A DNA stretch of 64,000 bases from a virus. The notes beneath the pieces were generated by a model. The model was not told the DNA's origin. It made no database searches and saw only the letters and a list, made by a program, of their open reading frames with translations. The DNA lies in the UHGV virus genome UHGV-0021337. One strand, written 5' to 3'. Below are positions 48,744-57,196 of this stretch, piece after piece (position 1 is the stretch's first letter; each line of letters opens with the position of its first letter). Position numbers and translations under genes: made by a program.

Positions 48744-49463
48744 ATGAAGAAATTATTAAACGAATACAAAATTTTATTACGAAATGTACCTAGTCTAATT
48801 GTTGGCTTGTTTATTGTTGCAGTTGTTAGCTGTAATATACTTGCAAATAAAACAATTGTAAGTGTTGGAGATTGGTTCGCACTAGATGGAGGAATTGTTG
48901 TTAGTTGGCTTATATTCTTGTGTATGGATATGGTAACTAAACGATTCGGACCAAAAGCAGCAACGCGTTTAACTTTAGTTGCAGCAGGTGTTAATTTACT
49001 TGTGTGTGGTTTATTCTACATTGTTAGCGTTATACCTTCTTCAGCTGATGACTATACAGCACTAAATGGAATTTTAGGCGGTACTTGGTTTATTCTGATG
49101 GATAGTACAATAGCATTTATTGTCTCAGGAATAATCAACAATTTTGTAAACGCTGGTATAGGTAAAGCGTTCAGGAAAAATCCAGACGGAAAACTTGCAT
49201 ATGTTTCAAGAACTTATGTATCTACGTTTATTGGACAATTTATTGACAACTTAATTTTTGCAGTTTTAACCTTTATGGTATTCAGCCCTATTTTCTGGGA
49301 CGGATTTAGTTGGACATTCTTACAGTGTGTAACGTGTTCTTTAACAGGAGCAATTGCTGAATTATTGATGGAAATCATCTTCTCGCCTCTTGGATATAAA
49401 ATTTGCAATAAATGGAAAGCAGAAGGCGTTGGCAATGAATATCTTGAATTGGTAAAAGCCTAG
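48744..49463 (+). CDS. yhhQ: YhhQ/COG1738-family queuosine-precursor (preQ0/preQ1) transporter
   Basis: About 6 TM helices. LDGGIVVSWLIFLCMDMVTKRFGPKAATR aligns with E. coli YhhQ TWGAFSFPFIFLATDLTVRIFGAPLARR. FIDNLIFAVL aligns with NVSDTLAFF. Confidence 0.7.
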   Translation: MKKLLNEYKILLRNVPSLIVGLFIVAVVSCNILANKTIVSVGDWFALDGGIVVSWLIFLCMDMVTKRFGPKAATRLTLVAAGVNLLVCGLFYIVSVIPSSADDYTALNGILGGTWFILMDSTIAFIVSGIINNFVNAGIGKAFRKNPDGKLAYVSRTYVSTFIGQFIDNLIFAVLTFMVFSPIFWDGFSWTFLQCVTCSLTGAIAELLMEIIFSPLGYKICNKWKAEGVGNEYLELVKA

Positions 49464-49474
49464 TTCATACAGAG

Positions 49475-49511
49475 ACGACACGAAATACGGCATCGTGTCG
49501 TTTTCTTTTTG
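49475..49511 (+). terminator. rho-independent terminator after the transporter
   Basis: ACGACACG-aaatacggcat-CGTGTCGT followed by TTTTCTTTTTG. Confidence 0.75.
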
Positions 49512-49640
49512 ATTTATTCTTTGATTACCTTTATAATAAATGTATAAGTTAGGAGAAAGCTAACTTGAACATTGAAGAAATTAAAAAATCTAATCAAACA
49601 ACCTGAAAAGGTGAATTTATGAGTAGAGTTGGAGGTAGAT

Positions 49641-49901
49641 ATGAACTGGAAAAAAGAATTTATCAAATTATTAGAATCGAGAGCCTTTGCGACTAATTCA
49701 GAAATCGATGATTACGCTGACGAACACAATTTGCCAGTAGCCGACGTTTGGCAGTGTTTCTCGGAATATATGGAAGATTGTTTAATTAAACAGTCAATCG
49801 GAACACCTTGCGAAGGTTGCAAATACGTTGTTCAAACAAAAGGCTCGATACCTTGTTATGAGTGTTGTCGAAATAAGGCTGATTTTTACAAAAAGATATA
49901 A
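49641..49901 (+). CDS. small Cys-rich (zinc-ribbon) protein, start revised to ATG 49641
   Basis: RBS GGAGG. PCEGCK...PCYECC. Confidence 0.45.
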   Translation: MNWKKEFIKLLESRAFATNSEIDDYADEHNLPVADVWQCFSEYMEDCLIKQSIGTPCEGCKYVVQTKGSIPCYECCRNKADFYKKI

Positions 49902-49930
49902 CAGAAGACACGTTTCATTAGGGGGTAATT

Positions 49931-50092
49931 ATGCGTAAAGAACACGACGGGAAGATTTACTTCCCACATTATGAAGAAATTTTGCTCGAGGATGCTTTGA
50001 CCGCGATGGTTAAAATTATGCAGGAAACTGGACATTTGTATTACGTTGAATGGAACGGAAAGTTCTATTACAGCGACGAGGTAAAAATATGA
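49931..50092 (+). CDS. small hypothetical protein (53 aa, not in the ORF track)
   Basis: RBS GGGGG 6 nt upstream of the ATG. ATGA-coupled to the next gene. Confidence 0.35.
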   Translation: MRKEHDGKIYFPHYEEILLEDALTAMVKIMQETGHLYYVEWNGKFYYSDEVKI

Positions 50093-50292
50093 GATTCAAC
50101 GGACAAAATATGATATACACTGCAGACGACGAATTTCCCAACTGTAGCGTGTGTGAAAAACAAGACTTCTGTTATTTATGCATGGAGTGCGGTCCAAGCT
50201 TTGCGTGGCAACACTACGAAAGATCTGAAGACAATGCTGAGCTGAATCGTCTGTACAAGGAGCTTGAGAGGTACAAGAAACAATATGATTAA
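50089..50292 (+). CDS. small zinc-finger protein (start revised to ATG 50089)
   Basis: CSVCEKQDFCYLCMEC. Confidence 0.4.
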   Translation: MRFNGQNMIYTADDEFPNCSVCEKQDFCYLCMECGPSFAWQHYERSEDNAELNRLYKELERYKKQYD

Positions 50293-50470
50293 ATACTACA
50301 CCGAGCGTGAGCTTGATTACAACGAAATTGAAACTCCATCCTCATATCCAAAAGAAGTAGTCCTAGACAAAATCAAAAATCTAGATAAACGAGATATAAA
50401 GTTTAAGCCTGTACTCGATCCTCAGTGTGTTATAACTACAACTTGGACTATAAGTAATGACGATAACTAA
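50285..50470 (+). CDS. small hypothetical protein
   Basis: Coupled ORF. Confidence 0.35.
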   Translation: MIKYYTERELDYNEIETPSSYPKEVVLDKIKNLDKRDIKFKPVLDPQCVITTTWTISNDDN

Positions 50471-50522
50471 TTGATTGTTTATATAAATTATATTATAATA
50501 AGCATATAAGAGAGGTGTATAT

Positions 50523-50747
50523 ATGAATAACGAGAAACACGAAGTAACAAAAGAAGAAGTTGGAGAACAGATCTGGGAACTTTTCAAAGGTGACTCTAAA
50601 AAACATAGAACGCATAACTATGAAAAAACATATGATGGAATTAGTCAATGTTTCACGTTACGTAATAGTAAACGATATTTAATAACACAGAATTCAAAAG
50701 ATAACAACGATATAAAAGTCGAAAGATATATAAAAAATCATCACTAA
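50523..50747 (+). CDS. small hypothetical protein
   Basis: RBS AGAGAGG. Confidence 0.4.
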   Translation: MNNEKHEVTKEEVGEQIWELFKGDSKKHRTHNYEKTYDGISQCFTLRNSKRYLITQNSKDNNDIKVERYIKNHH

Positions 50748-50761
50748 GGTTTAAGTTAATT

Positions 50762-50965
50762 ATGAACTGTCCTAGATATATAAAAGACAAAATTCTTTTA
50801 CGAGCAAAATACGCTATGAAATTTATGAAATTAGATTGCGATATATGCAATTGGATGCAGGCTAATAATATAGATAGTGAATACTCTCTTCCCGGATATG
50901 TAGAAAGTCTGTGTGGTGGTTACAGTGCAGCTGAAGAAACACTTCAAGACATTGAAAATTCATAA
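50762..50965 (+). CDS. small Cys-containing hypothetical protein
   Basis: ORF. Confidence 0.4.
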   Translation: MNCPRYIKDKILLRAKYAMKFMKLDCDICNWMQANNIDSEYSLPGYVESLCGGYSAAEETLQDIENS

Positions 50966-51020
50966 AATTCGTGTTAATTAGACATAAGTTATTGTATAAC
51001 AAATACAAACAGGAGGTATT

Positions 51021-51971
51021 ATGCCATATTATTTTTCTGGAGCATATAATCAGGCCTTGAAAATACGGTTAAATGTTGACCAACTATTCTCAGTGTATCA
51101 TGAGAAAAAATTGATTGAAAAAACAATCTTATATAAAAGAGAACATCCTGAATATACCGCAAAAATTTTCTTAGACAGTGGAGCTTTCACGCATTTCCAG
51201 AATATGAAGAAAAAGGGAATCACGCTTACTGACAACGACATAAAGGACTACACAGATAAATATCTTTCTTTCTTAAATGAATGGGGCGAAGACTTGGAGT
51301 GCTTTGTTGGCGTCGATAGTGTACCAAATCCAGAACACGTTGACCCAACGTTTGTTCATAAAACTTGGGCAAATTATTTGTATATGTGGGAAAGGTTAAA
51401 ACCGAGTATTCGTCATAAATTGATTCCTGTTTTCCACTTTGGGGAAGATTTCAATGAATTGAAGAAGTGGCTTGAATATAGACATCCAGATGGAAGTAAA
51501 GTTGAGTATCTTGGTCTTGCAATTTCGTTGGAAGGAAATCGAAAAGTAAGAATTGCTTGGGGACAAGAAGCCGAAAGAATAATCAAAGCATCTTCTAATC
51601 CAAATGTTAAGACTCACGCGTTTGGTGTTGGGGTTAAGAGCGTTATGGAAAATATAAACGTAACTTCGACGGATGCCACGAGTTGGTTGAAGCGTGCAGC
51701 ATATGGAATGATTTCGGTAGACGATAAGACTGTATATATAAGTGACTTGCAAGAACAGAAGTCCGACGGCAGACATCTTAAAGATAAGTCACTAGCTTAT
51801 CAAGAAGAAGTATTTAAGAAAATAAAAGAAAAAGGCTTTACGCTTGAGCAGTTAGCTACAGACAATTACGCGAGAGCGGAATTTAACATTTTGGATACGT
51901 TAGAATGGTATAATAAATTAGAAGCATCAAAACGTATCGAAAAGGGCGCAAAGGTTGATTTAGGTTGGTAA
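51021..51971 (+). CDS. dpdA: DpdA-like DNA-guanine transglycosylase (TGT superfamily, no zinc subdomain)
   Basis: IFLDSGAFTHFQ matches the TGT catalytic DSGGFQ motif. HAFGVGVKSVMEN matches LMGVGKPEDL. VTSTDATSWLKRAAYG matches FDCVMPTRNARNG. RBS AGGAGG. Confidence 0.6.
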   Translation: MPYYFSGAYNQALKIRLNVDQLFSVYHEKKLIEKTILYKREHPEYTAKIFLDSGAFTHFQNMKKKGITLTDNDIKDYTDKYLSFLNEWGEDLECFVGVDSVPNPEHVDPTFVHKTWANYLYMWERLKPSIRHKLIPVFHFGEDFNELKKWLEYRHPDGSKVEYLGLAISLEGNRKVRIAWGQEAERIIKASSNPNVKTHAFGVGVKSVMENINVTSTDATSWLKRAAYGMISVDDKTVYISDLQEQKSDGRHLKDKSLAYQEEVFKKIKEKGFTLEQLATDNYARAEFNILDTLEWYNKLEASKRIEKGAKVDLGW

Positions 51972-51982
51972 TCTCAGACGAG

Positions 51983-53869
51983 ATGAAACAAGATGTTGTT
52001 GAGTTCTATAAAACAAACTCAACAACAATTACTTGTGAACAATTTCATATAACTTGGGACAGGCTTAAAAAGATACTGGCTGAATATGATGTAGCTCCAC
52101 ACGATGCAAAAATTAATAGAGAACTGACATCGTTATACAGATTCGGAGTTACTAATGCAGGAAAATCTGTAGAGTTACAGGAAAAAGCAAAACAAACAAC
52201 AGCGTCAAGATATGGTAGTTCAAATTACAGGAATCACGACAAAGCTCGTCAGACCCGTATAAACAAAGATGGCTCATTAGAAGCATCATATAGAAAAGCT
52301 CAGAAAAGACAAGAAGAAACGAACTTGGCTAAGTATGGAGTTAAAAGTTATTTTCAAACTGAATTATTTCAAGAACAGTCTAAGGATACTTGCTTAGAAC
52401 GTTACGGCAAAGAGTTCTATCGTCAAACTCAAGAATATCAGGACCGCGTTAAAGAAACATCTTTACAAAAATATGGAGTAGAACACTATACTCAATCTGA
52501 CCAGTATAAAACAAAAGTAAGAGATACTTGCCAAGAAAGATACGGCAACGATTCGTGGTTTGGCTCGGAAGCTGGTAAGAATGCTATCAAAGACAGTTGT
52601 TTACAGAGGTATGGTGTTTCTAACGCTATGCAGTCGTATGAAGTGATAACGCGAGCAAAAGAAAAGCTTGTTCAGAAATATGGTGTTGACAACGTTATGA
52701 AATCTTCAGATATCAGAAGTAAGCAAGCACAGTCGAGTCGTTGTTCTAATTTTGAGCAAGAAGTTCAGCATTGGTTGTCAAATAGAAACGTTGCTTTTAC
52801 TACTCACTATGTTATTAAACAAGGAGGTTTGATTCACGAGTTTGATATTGCTTTATACGAAGGTAATCAGCTCGTTTGTCTAGTAGATTGTGACGGGACT
52901 TACTATCATGGATACAACGACGATATAAATGGTAGATCTGTAAACCCATACATAGATGAATATAGAATGCTGCTTGTTCCTAAAGATGTTTTATTTCTTG
53001 TGTTACTTCCAGACACTTGGCAAGAGCAGCTTGAAGAATACTTTAATAACAAACAAAGTTACGAGCAAGTCATATTCACCTGGTGTAAATCTATAGACTT
53101 TCCATATCCTAACATAGACAATGTTGAGGCTTCCTATAAGTCACTGGTAAAGGCAGATGTGAGTAAATTTTCGATGAACGCTCGATATGGAATGCGAGTT
53201 ATCGACGCTTTTCATAAATCTATCTGGAAAGCAAATAGAAAAGGTTTCTTGAGCCCTTATGCTGCTTGGCGTGATGAAGAATTGCTACGCAGATGTATCA
53301 ATAATCGTATAATTTATAAAGGTACTAACTTAGACCCTTCCAAGGTTCTATACGGTTTTAGTGCTGCAAAGATTGCTCCTAAAGTGTCGATATTTAATCC
53401 TTATCTGGCTAAGTATTTGATAAATAAGTACTTGAACGAATTTACAACTGTTTTTGACCCTTGCTCTGGATATAGCGGCAGACTTTTAGGCGCAACATCA
53501 TTGGGTAAACATTATGTAGGACAAGATATAAATGCTACAACAGTTGAAGAATGTTTACAAATACGTGATAAGCTCAATCTCGACGCTGAATTATCTGTTG
53601 TTGATTCTTTGAGTACTACAGGAAGTTATGAGGCTTTATTTACCTGTCCTCCTTATAGTGACAAAGAAAACTGGAACCAAGAAATTTTGAATCTAACATG
53701 CGATGAATGGATTACTCGATTTATAGAAAACTATAAATGTAAAAGATATTTATTCATTGTAGACAAAACAGAAAAGTATAAAGATTATATTGTTGAAGAA
53801 ATAGAGAATAAATCACATTTTAGTGAGAATATTGAATATGTTATATTGATAAATAGAGGTAATATATGA
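51983..53869 (+). CDS. tri-domain protein: eight tandem YG repeats of about 22 aa, a Vsr/DUF559-like PD-(D/E)xK nuclease domain, and a C-terminal MTase-like domain
   Basis: Repeats are of the type ..(K/R)YG(V)...(Q)..(E/D)....K.. T (KYGVKSYFQTE..., ERYGKEFYRQTQ..., QKYGVEHYTQSD..., and so on). The middle domain is HEFDIALYEGNQLVCLVDCDGTYYHG (D...(V/I)DCDG..H, Vsr/I-Bth0305I-like). The C-terminal domain has FDPCSGYSGRLLGA (motif I) followed by LFTCPPYSD (motif IV-like). The start codon is uncertain (TTG 51965 or ATG 51983/51992). Confidence 0.5.
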   Translation: MKQDVVEFYKTNSTTITCEQFHITWDRLKKILAEYDVAPHDAKINRELTSLYRFGVTNAGKSVELQEKAKQTTASRYGSSNYRNHDKARQTRINKDGSLEASYRKAQKRQEETNLAKYGVKSYFQTELFQEQSKDTCLERYGKEFYRQTQEYQDRVKETSLQKYGVEHYTQSDQYKTKVRDTCQERYGNDSWFGSEAGKNAIKDSCLQRYGVSNAMQSYEVITRAKEKLVQKYGVDNVMKSSDIRSKQAQSSRCSNFEQEVQHWLSNRNVAFTTHYVIKQGGLIHEFDIALYEGNQLVCLVDCDGTYYHGYNDDINGRSVNPYIDEYRMLLVPKDVLFLVLLPDTWQEQLEEYFNNKQSYEQVIFTWCKSIDFPYPNIDNVEASYKSLVKADVSKFSMNARYGMRVIDAFHKSIWKANRKGFLSPYAAWRDEELLRRCINNRIIYKGTNLDPSKVLYGFSAAKIAPKVSIFNPYLAKYLINKYLNEFTTVFDPCSGYSGRLLGATSLGKHYVGQDINATTVEECLQIRDKLNLDAELSVVDSLSTTGSYEALFTCPPYSDKENWNQEILNLTCDEWITRFIENYKCKRYLFIVDKTEKYKDYIVEEIENKSHFSENIEYVILINRGNI

Positions 53870-54162
53870 AAAGTTATTATCATTATTATGATGTATGTTT
53901 TACAAAAGATGCTGCTGTTTTTGATAGAGAATTTACAACTGATGACTGTGAAGTAATTGAAGGTTTAGATGATGTTACATCAAATGAATTACAACTAATC
54001 ATTAAAGTGATTGAATACGTTAGACCCGATATTGAAAGAATACGTGTATTATATAATGTATATGAACATGACGATGATGCTGAAGATGATATATGTTTAA
54101 CATGCGATAGCATATTAGATGTTGTTAGAGATAATGAAGGTAAATTTGTTTTAAATTGCTGA
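53866..54162 (+). CDS. hypothetical acidic protein (very AT-rich gene)
   Basis: ORF with ATGA coupling. Confidence 0.4.
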   Translation: MKSYYHYYDVCFTKDAAVFDREFTTDDCEVIEGLDDVTSNELQLIIKVIEYVRPDIERIRVLYNVYEHDDDAEDDICLTCDSILDVVRDNEGKFVLNC

Positions 54163-54235
54163 TATAATGAATTTATTACATTTTAGTTGATAAATATTTG
54201 TTTTTATGTTACAATAAAATAAAAAGAGGTTTATT

Positions 54236-54637
54236 ATGTTAACTAAAAATAATTGGCAAAACGCTTTTGATATGTTAAATGATTATGCTAATATTGATGA
54301 TAGATTTTACGGTGGTGTATGTTCTTATAAATTTTTAAGTTTTGAAGGTGTTAAAAAGTTAGTTGAAAATAAGTATTTAAATTTAACTGAGAGACAAAAC
54401 TATTCACCTATGGTTAAAAATTGGATTAAATTTATAGAGACTAATAATTTACAAGACAAAATATTTTTTCATGGTTATATTGTAGAGAAAGGTAGATTTG
54501 ATAGACGTATTTCTATAGAAGGTATACAAGCTAACGCCAATATTAAATTTTCAGAGGATGAATTAAAATCCATTGTAGATTTTTGTTATGGCGCAGATAC
54601 ACTTAGAATCTCTCCATTATATGTTTGGTGGGATTAA
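54236..54637 (+). CDS. hypothetical protein (very AT-rich gene)
   Basis: RBS AAGAGG. Confidence 0.4.
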   Translation: MLTKNNWQNAFDMLNDYANIDDRFYGGVCSYKFLSFEGVKKLVENKYLNLTERQNYSPMVKNWIKFIETNNLQDKIFFHGYIVEKGRFDRRISIEGIQANANIKFSEDELKSIVDFCYGADTLRISPLYVWWD

Positions 54638-54728
54638 ATTAAACTATAATCATTATGTCTAATAACGATTGTAATGAATCTGATGACTTCTAGATAGCTG
54701 CTAAATTAAAAATATAGGAGATATAGTT

Positions 54729-54896
54729 ATGCCTAAATTAAATATAAATGAAGGTTTTGATGAATTATATAATCATAAGTGTGCAGATGTTTTACGTGCT
54801 GAATTAGATGGAAATTATGATGATAATGTGCATGAAGATAATTTATTACAAGATGTTTTATTTCATTTTGAAAACAGAGTAGATAAAAATAAATAA
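54729..54896 (+). CDS. small hypothetical protein (55 aa, not in the ORF track)
   Basis: RBS AGGAGA 7 nt upstream of the ATG. Confidence 0.35.
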   Translation: MPKLNINEGFDELYNHKCADVLRAELDGNYDDNVHEDNLLQDVLFHFENRVDKNK

Positions 54897-54917
54897 AACT
54901 TCGATGTTGTGTTATAA
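54895..54917 (+). promoter_or_regulatory. extended -10 promoter TGTGTTATAAT
   Basis: TGnTATAAT at 54907-54917. Confidence 0.4.
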
Positions 54918-54979
54918 TATAAGAAAGTAAGAAAATAAACTGAGAGTAAATATTTTGGAGACTTAAATAGGAGCAATTT

Positions 54980-55129
54980 ATGAGATATAGTAATTTTCAC
55001 CGTCATTCCATGTACAGCAATTTGCCCGCCGGGATTATAATGATTTGTTTAGGGATGTGTGAGCTCTTTCAAGGGCTATCATCGGAAGTACGCAAAAGAA
55101 CAATAAGTCAGTATCACGTATTTAGTTGA
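54980..55129 (+). CDS. small ORF (49 aa) in a locally GC-richer segment
   Basis: RBS AGGAG 7 nt upstream. The composition (CCCGCCGGG...) differs from the flanks. It could be non-coding instead. Confidence 0.25.
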   Translation: MRYSNFHRHSMYSNLPAGIIMICLGMCELFQGLSSEVRKRTISQYHVFS

Positions 55130-55181
55130 TTCTTCCTCGATAATCCCTTATAATAAATGTAATAAATAAGAGGTAGATAGT

Positions 55182-55505
55182 ATGAAATTTTCAGATATGG
55201 ATGCAAGACAACAAAAAGCTTTTCGCAACATTAAATACGCAGCAGATGATTTGTTAGGTGGTTTAGAAAACACGTTACTCGATTATGATGAACAAGATCA
55301 AGAATATATCGACGCCGAAAAATTACTCTCGAATCACTCCGAACTTGTTAATCAACTTTATAAGAAGGCTACTACAGAACTTTACGGGCCAGGTTTTTGT
55401 GGTTTTGGAAAAGAGGCTCAGATGATTATTCGGGATATAAATTTCTGCGGCAAAGTGTGGTTGATGGAACGTTGTGAAAAACGAATAACAAAAGAAGGCT
55501 ATTGA
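55182..55505 (+). CDS. hypothetical protein
   Basis: RBS AGAGGTAG. Confidence 0.4.
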   Translation: MKFSDMDARQQKAFRNIKYAADDLLGGLENTLLDYDEQDQEYIDAEKLLSNHSELVNQLYKKATTELYGPGFCGFGKEAQMIIRDINFCGKVWLMERCEKRITKEGY

Positions 55506-55550
55506 TTGTAGCATAAACATTGTATAACATAAACATAACAGGAGGTATAA

Positions 55551-56273
55551 ATGGCAACAGCATTAGTTACAGGAACAAGCTCGGGAGTGGGTAAAGCAAC
55601 AGCTCTTAAACTTCTAGCTATGGGAATAGATGTTATAGGTCTTGATTGGAAAGATAGTACAATTCATAGACCTCATTATTTTCACTTCAAATGTGATGTA
55701 AGCAAGTATGAAGAACTTCCTTCGCTTGACAGTTTAGGAGGCATTGAGTACATTGTTAACAATGCAGGAATAGTAACACCTAAAGCAGACGCTATCGCAG
55801 TTAATCAGATTGGATATATAAATGTATTGCAAAAATATGCGGATAACAATCCGAAGTTAAAAAGCATTGTAATTATTGGTTCATCTGCCTCGGTCAAGGG
55901 CTACGACAATCGAGAATATTGCACTTCGCAAGGTGCAAGAGATGCATTAACCAAGTGGGCCGCTAACAACTATGGTAACGACCCTAGACACGTTTTAGTC
56001 AACGAACTTCGTCTCGATGGTATTGTAGCAGCAGACCCGGAAAAGGGTATTGAAGGTACTACTTTGGAACCTGAGCTTTATGCAGCAGATGGATTGATGG
56101 ACCAAATAGCTAATCTGAGCATTTTAAAAAGGTTGGCTACTGTCGAAGAGATTGCAGAATGGATTTATTTTATTCTTGTAGTTAACACAATTGTAACTGG
56201 GCAGATAATAGATGTTGACGGAGAACTCATGGGAGCTTTCAAATTTGTTCCTTACAAAGGGTGGAATGACTAG
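55551..56273 (+). CDS. short-chain dehydrogenase/reductase (SDR) family protein
   Basis: N-terminal Rossmann motif ALVTGTSSGVGKA (TGxxxGxG). NNAG motif VNNAGI. The catalytic YxxxK is non-canonical (YCTSQ). Confidence 0.7.
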   Translation: MATALVTGTSSGVGKATALKLLAMGIDVIGLDWKDSTIHRPHYFHFKCDVSKYEELPSLDSLGGIEYIVNNAGIVTPKADAIAVNQIGYINVLQKYADNNPKLKSIVIIGSSASVKGYDNREYCTSQGARDALTKWAANNYGNDPRHVLVNELRLDGIVAADPEKGIEGTTLEPELYAADGLMDQIANLSILKRLATVEEIAEWIYFILVVNTIVTGQIIDVDGELMGAFKFVPYKGWND

Positions 56274-56274
56274 T

Positions 56275-57156
56275 ATGAAGATAATGTGCTTAACACCTTG
56301 TCTGATGTTAGATAATACCAGAGCAATAAACGCTAAGTCAATACAAAATAACATAGATGTTCTTAAACTCGATGAATATGTAATCTATGACCAGATGTTT
56401 GCACCTAGCGATTTTAACTCGAAATGTACATATATAGGTCACGCAGATAAACGAATGGGCTGGGCAGTACCAAGAAATGCTTTACTTAAGTATTTTTATG
56501 ATTCTGACTTTGACTATGCGTTTTTTATTGATGCAAATTCTGTTCCGTCTAAACCTACGCTAAATGATTTACTGAGCATAATAAGAAGTCTTAGAGCAGG
56601 TGAGTTATCTTTCTGCGACGCTATTTTTAGCACATTAGGTATGTGGGTAAGTCAAGAGCGTATAATGTGCAAATCCTTACCTGACCACCTCGAAAATGTT
56701 CATCTAGTACCCGCTCGTTGTGATAAAAGTTACAACTGGATGCACGGATTATTTGTAAAGAATTTCAAGAAGTATTATGGCCAGGAATTCTATATGGATG
56801 AAAGATGTCATGTATTAGAAGGAACTCCAGAAGATGTATTCTTTGCTCGTCTATTAAGGAAGTATGCAAATTGTTGGGTTGCTCCTACAGTGGTAATCAA
56901 CAAACCTTCTTCTAATGCTTCTTGTACAATGGCAAATGGTAAAGGTACTTATGATTATCCGCCTGTATTGTTTGATAAAGAAGATGAATACATTTCTGAA
57001 CTCTCTCAGAAAAACGGATATCATCACTGTAATAGAAGTGTACGACCTAGCGAAGTTGTTATACCTCGCGTTTCGGAGTATAAAGATTTAGTTACTCCGT
57101 ATAAATCAAGACAAAAGAAAGTACAAGAAACTTCAAGAAAACAAGTACTTTTTTAA
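56275..57156 (+). CDS. family-2-like (GT-A fold) glycosyltransferase (start revised to ATG 56275)
   Basis: GWAVPRNALLKYFYDSDFDYAFFIDANSVP fits the GT2 pattern (G.A.ARN.G......DYI.FLDADD). RBS AAAGGGTGG. The gene overlaps the SDR stop. Confidence 0.45.
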   Translation: MKIMCLTPCLMLDNTRAINAKSIQNNIDVLKLDEYVIYDQMFAPSDFNSKCTYIGHADKRMGWAVPRNALLKYFYDSDFDYAFFIDANSVPSKPTLNDLLSIIRSLRAGELSFCDAIFSTLGMWVSQERIMCKSLPDHLENVHLVPARCDKSYNWMHGLFVKNFKKYYGQEFYMDERCHVLEGTPEDVFFARLLRKYANCWVAPTVVINKPSSNASCTMANGKGTYDYPPVLFDKEDEYISELSQKNGYHHCNRSVRPSEVVIPRVSEYKDLVTPYKSRQKKVQETSRKQVLF

Positions 57157-57186
57157 CATATTCTTTAGTAATCACGAAAATGCTTT

Positions 57187-57196
57187 TGTATATAAT
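57187..57196 (+). promoter_or_regulatory. extended -10 promoter TGTATATAAT
   Basis: The same motif recurs at 27526, 35455 and 6414. Confidence 0.4.

Noticed and set aside
54980-55130. GC-richer patch considered as a tRNA or other structured RNA
   Set aside because: I could not find an acceptor-stem/anticodon-arm cloverleaf. It has an AGGAG RBS and an ATG, so a small ORF is the more economical reading. It is kept as a low-confidence CDS.
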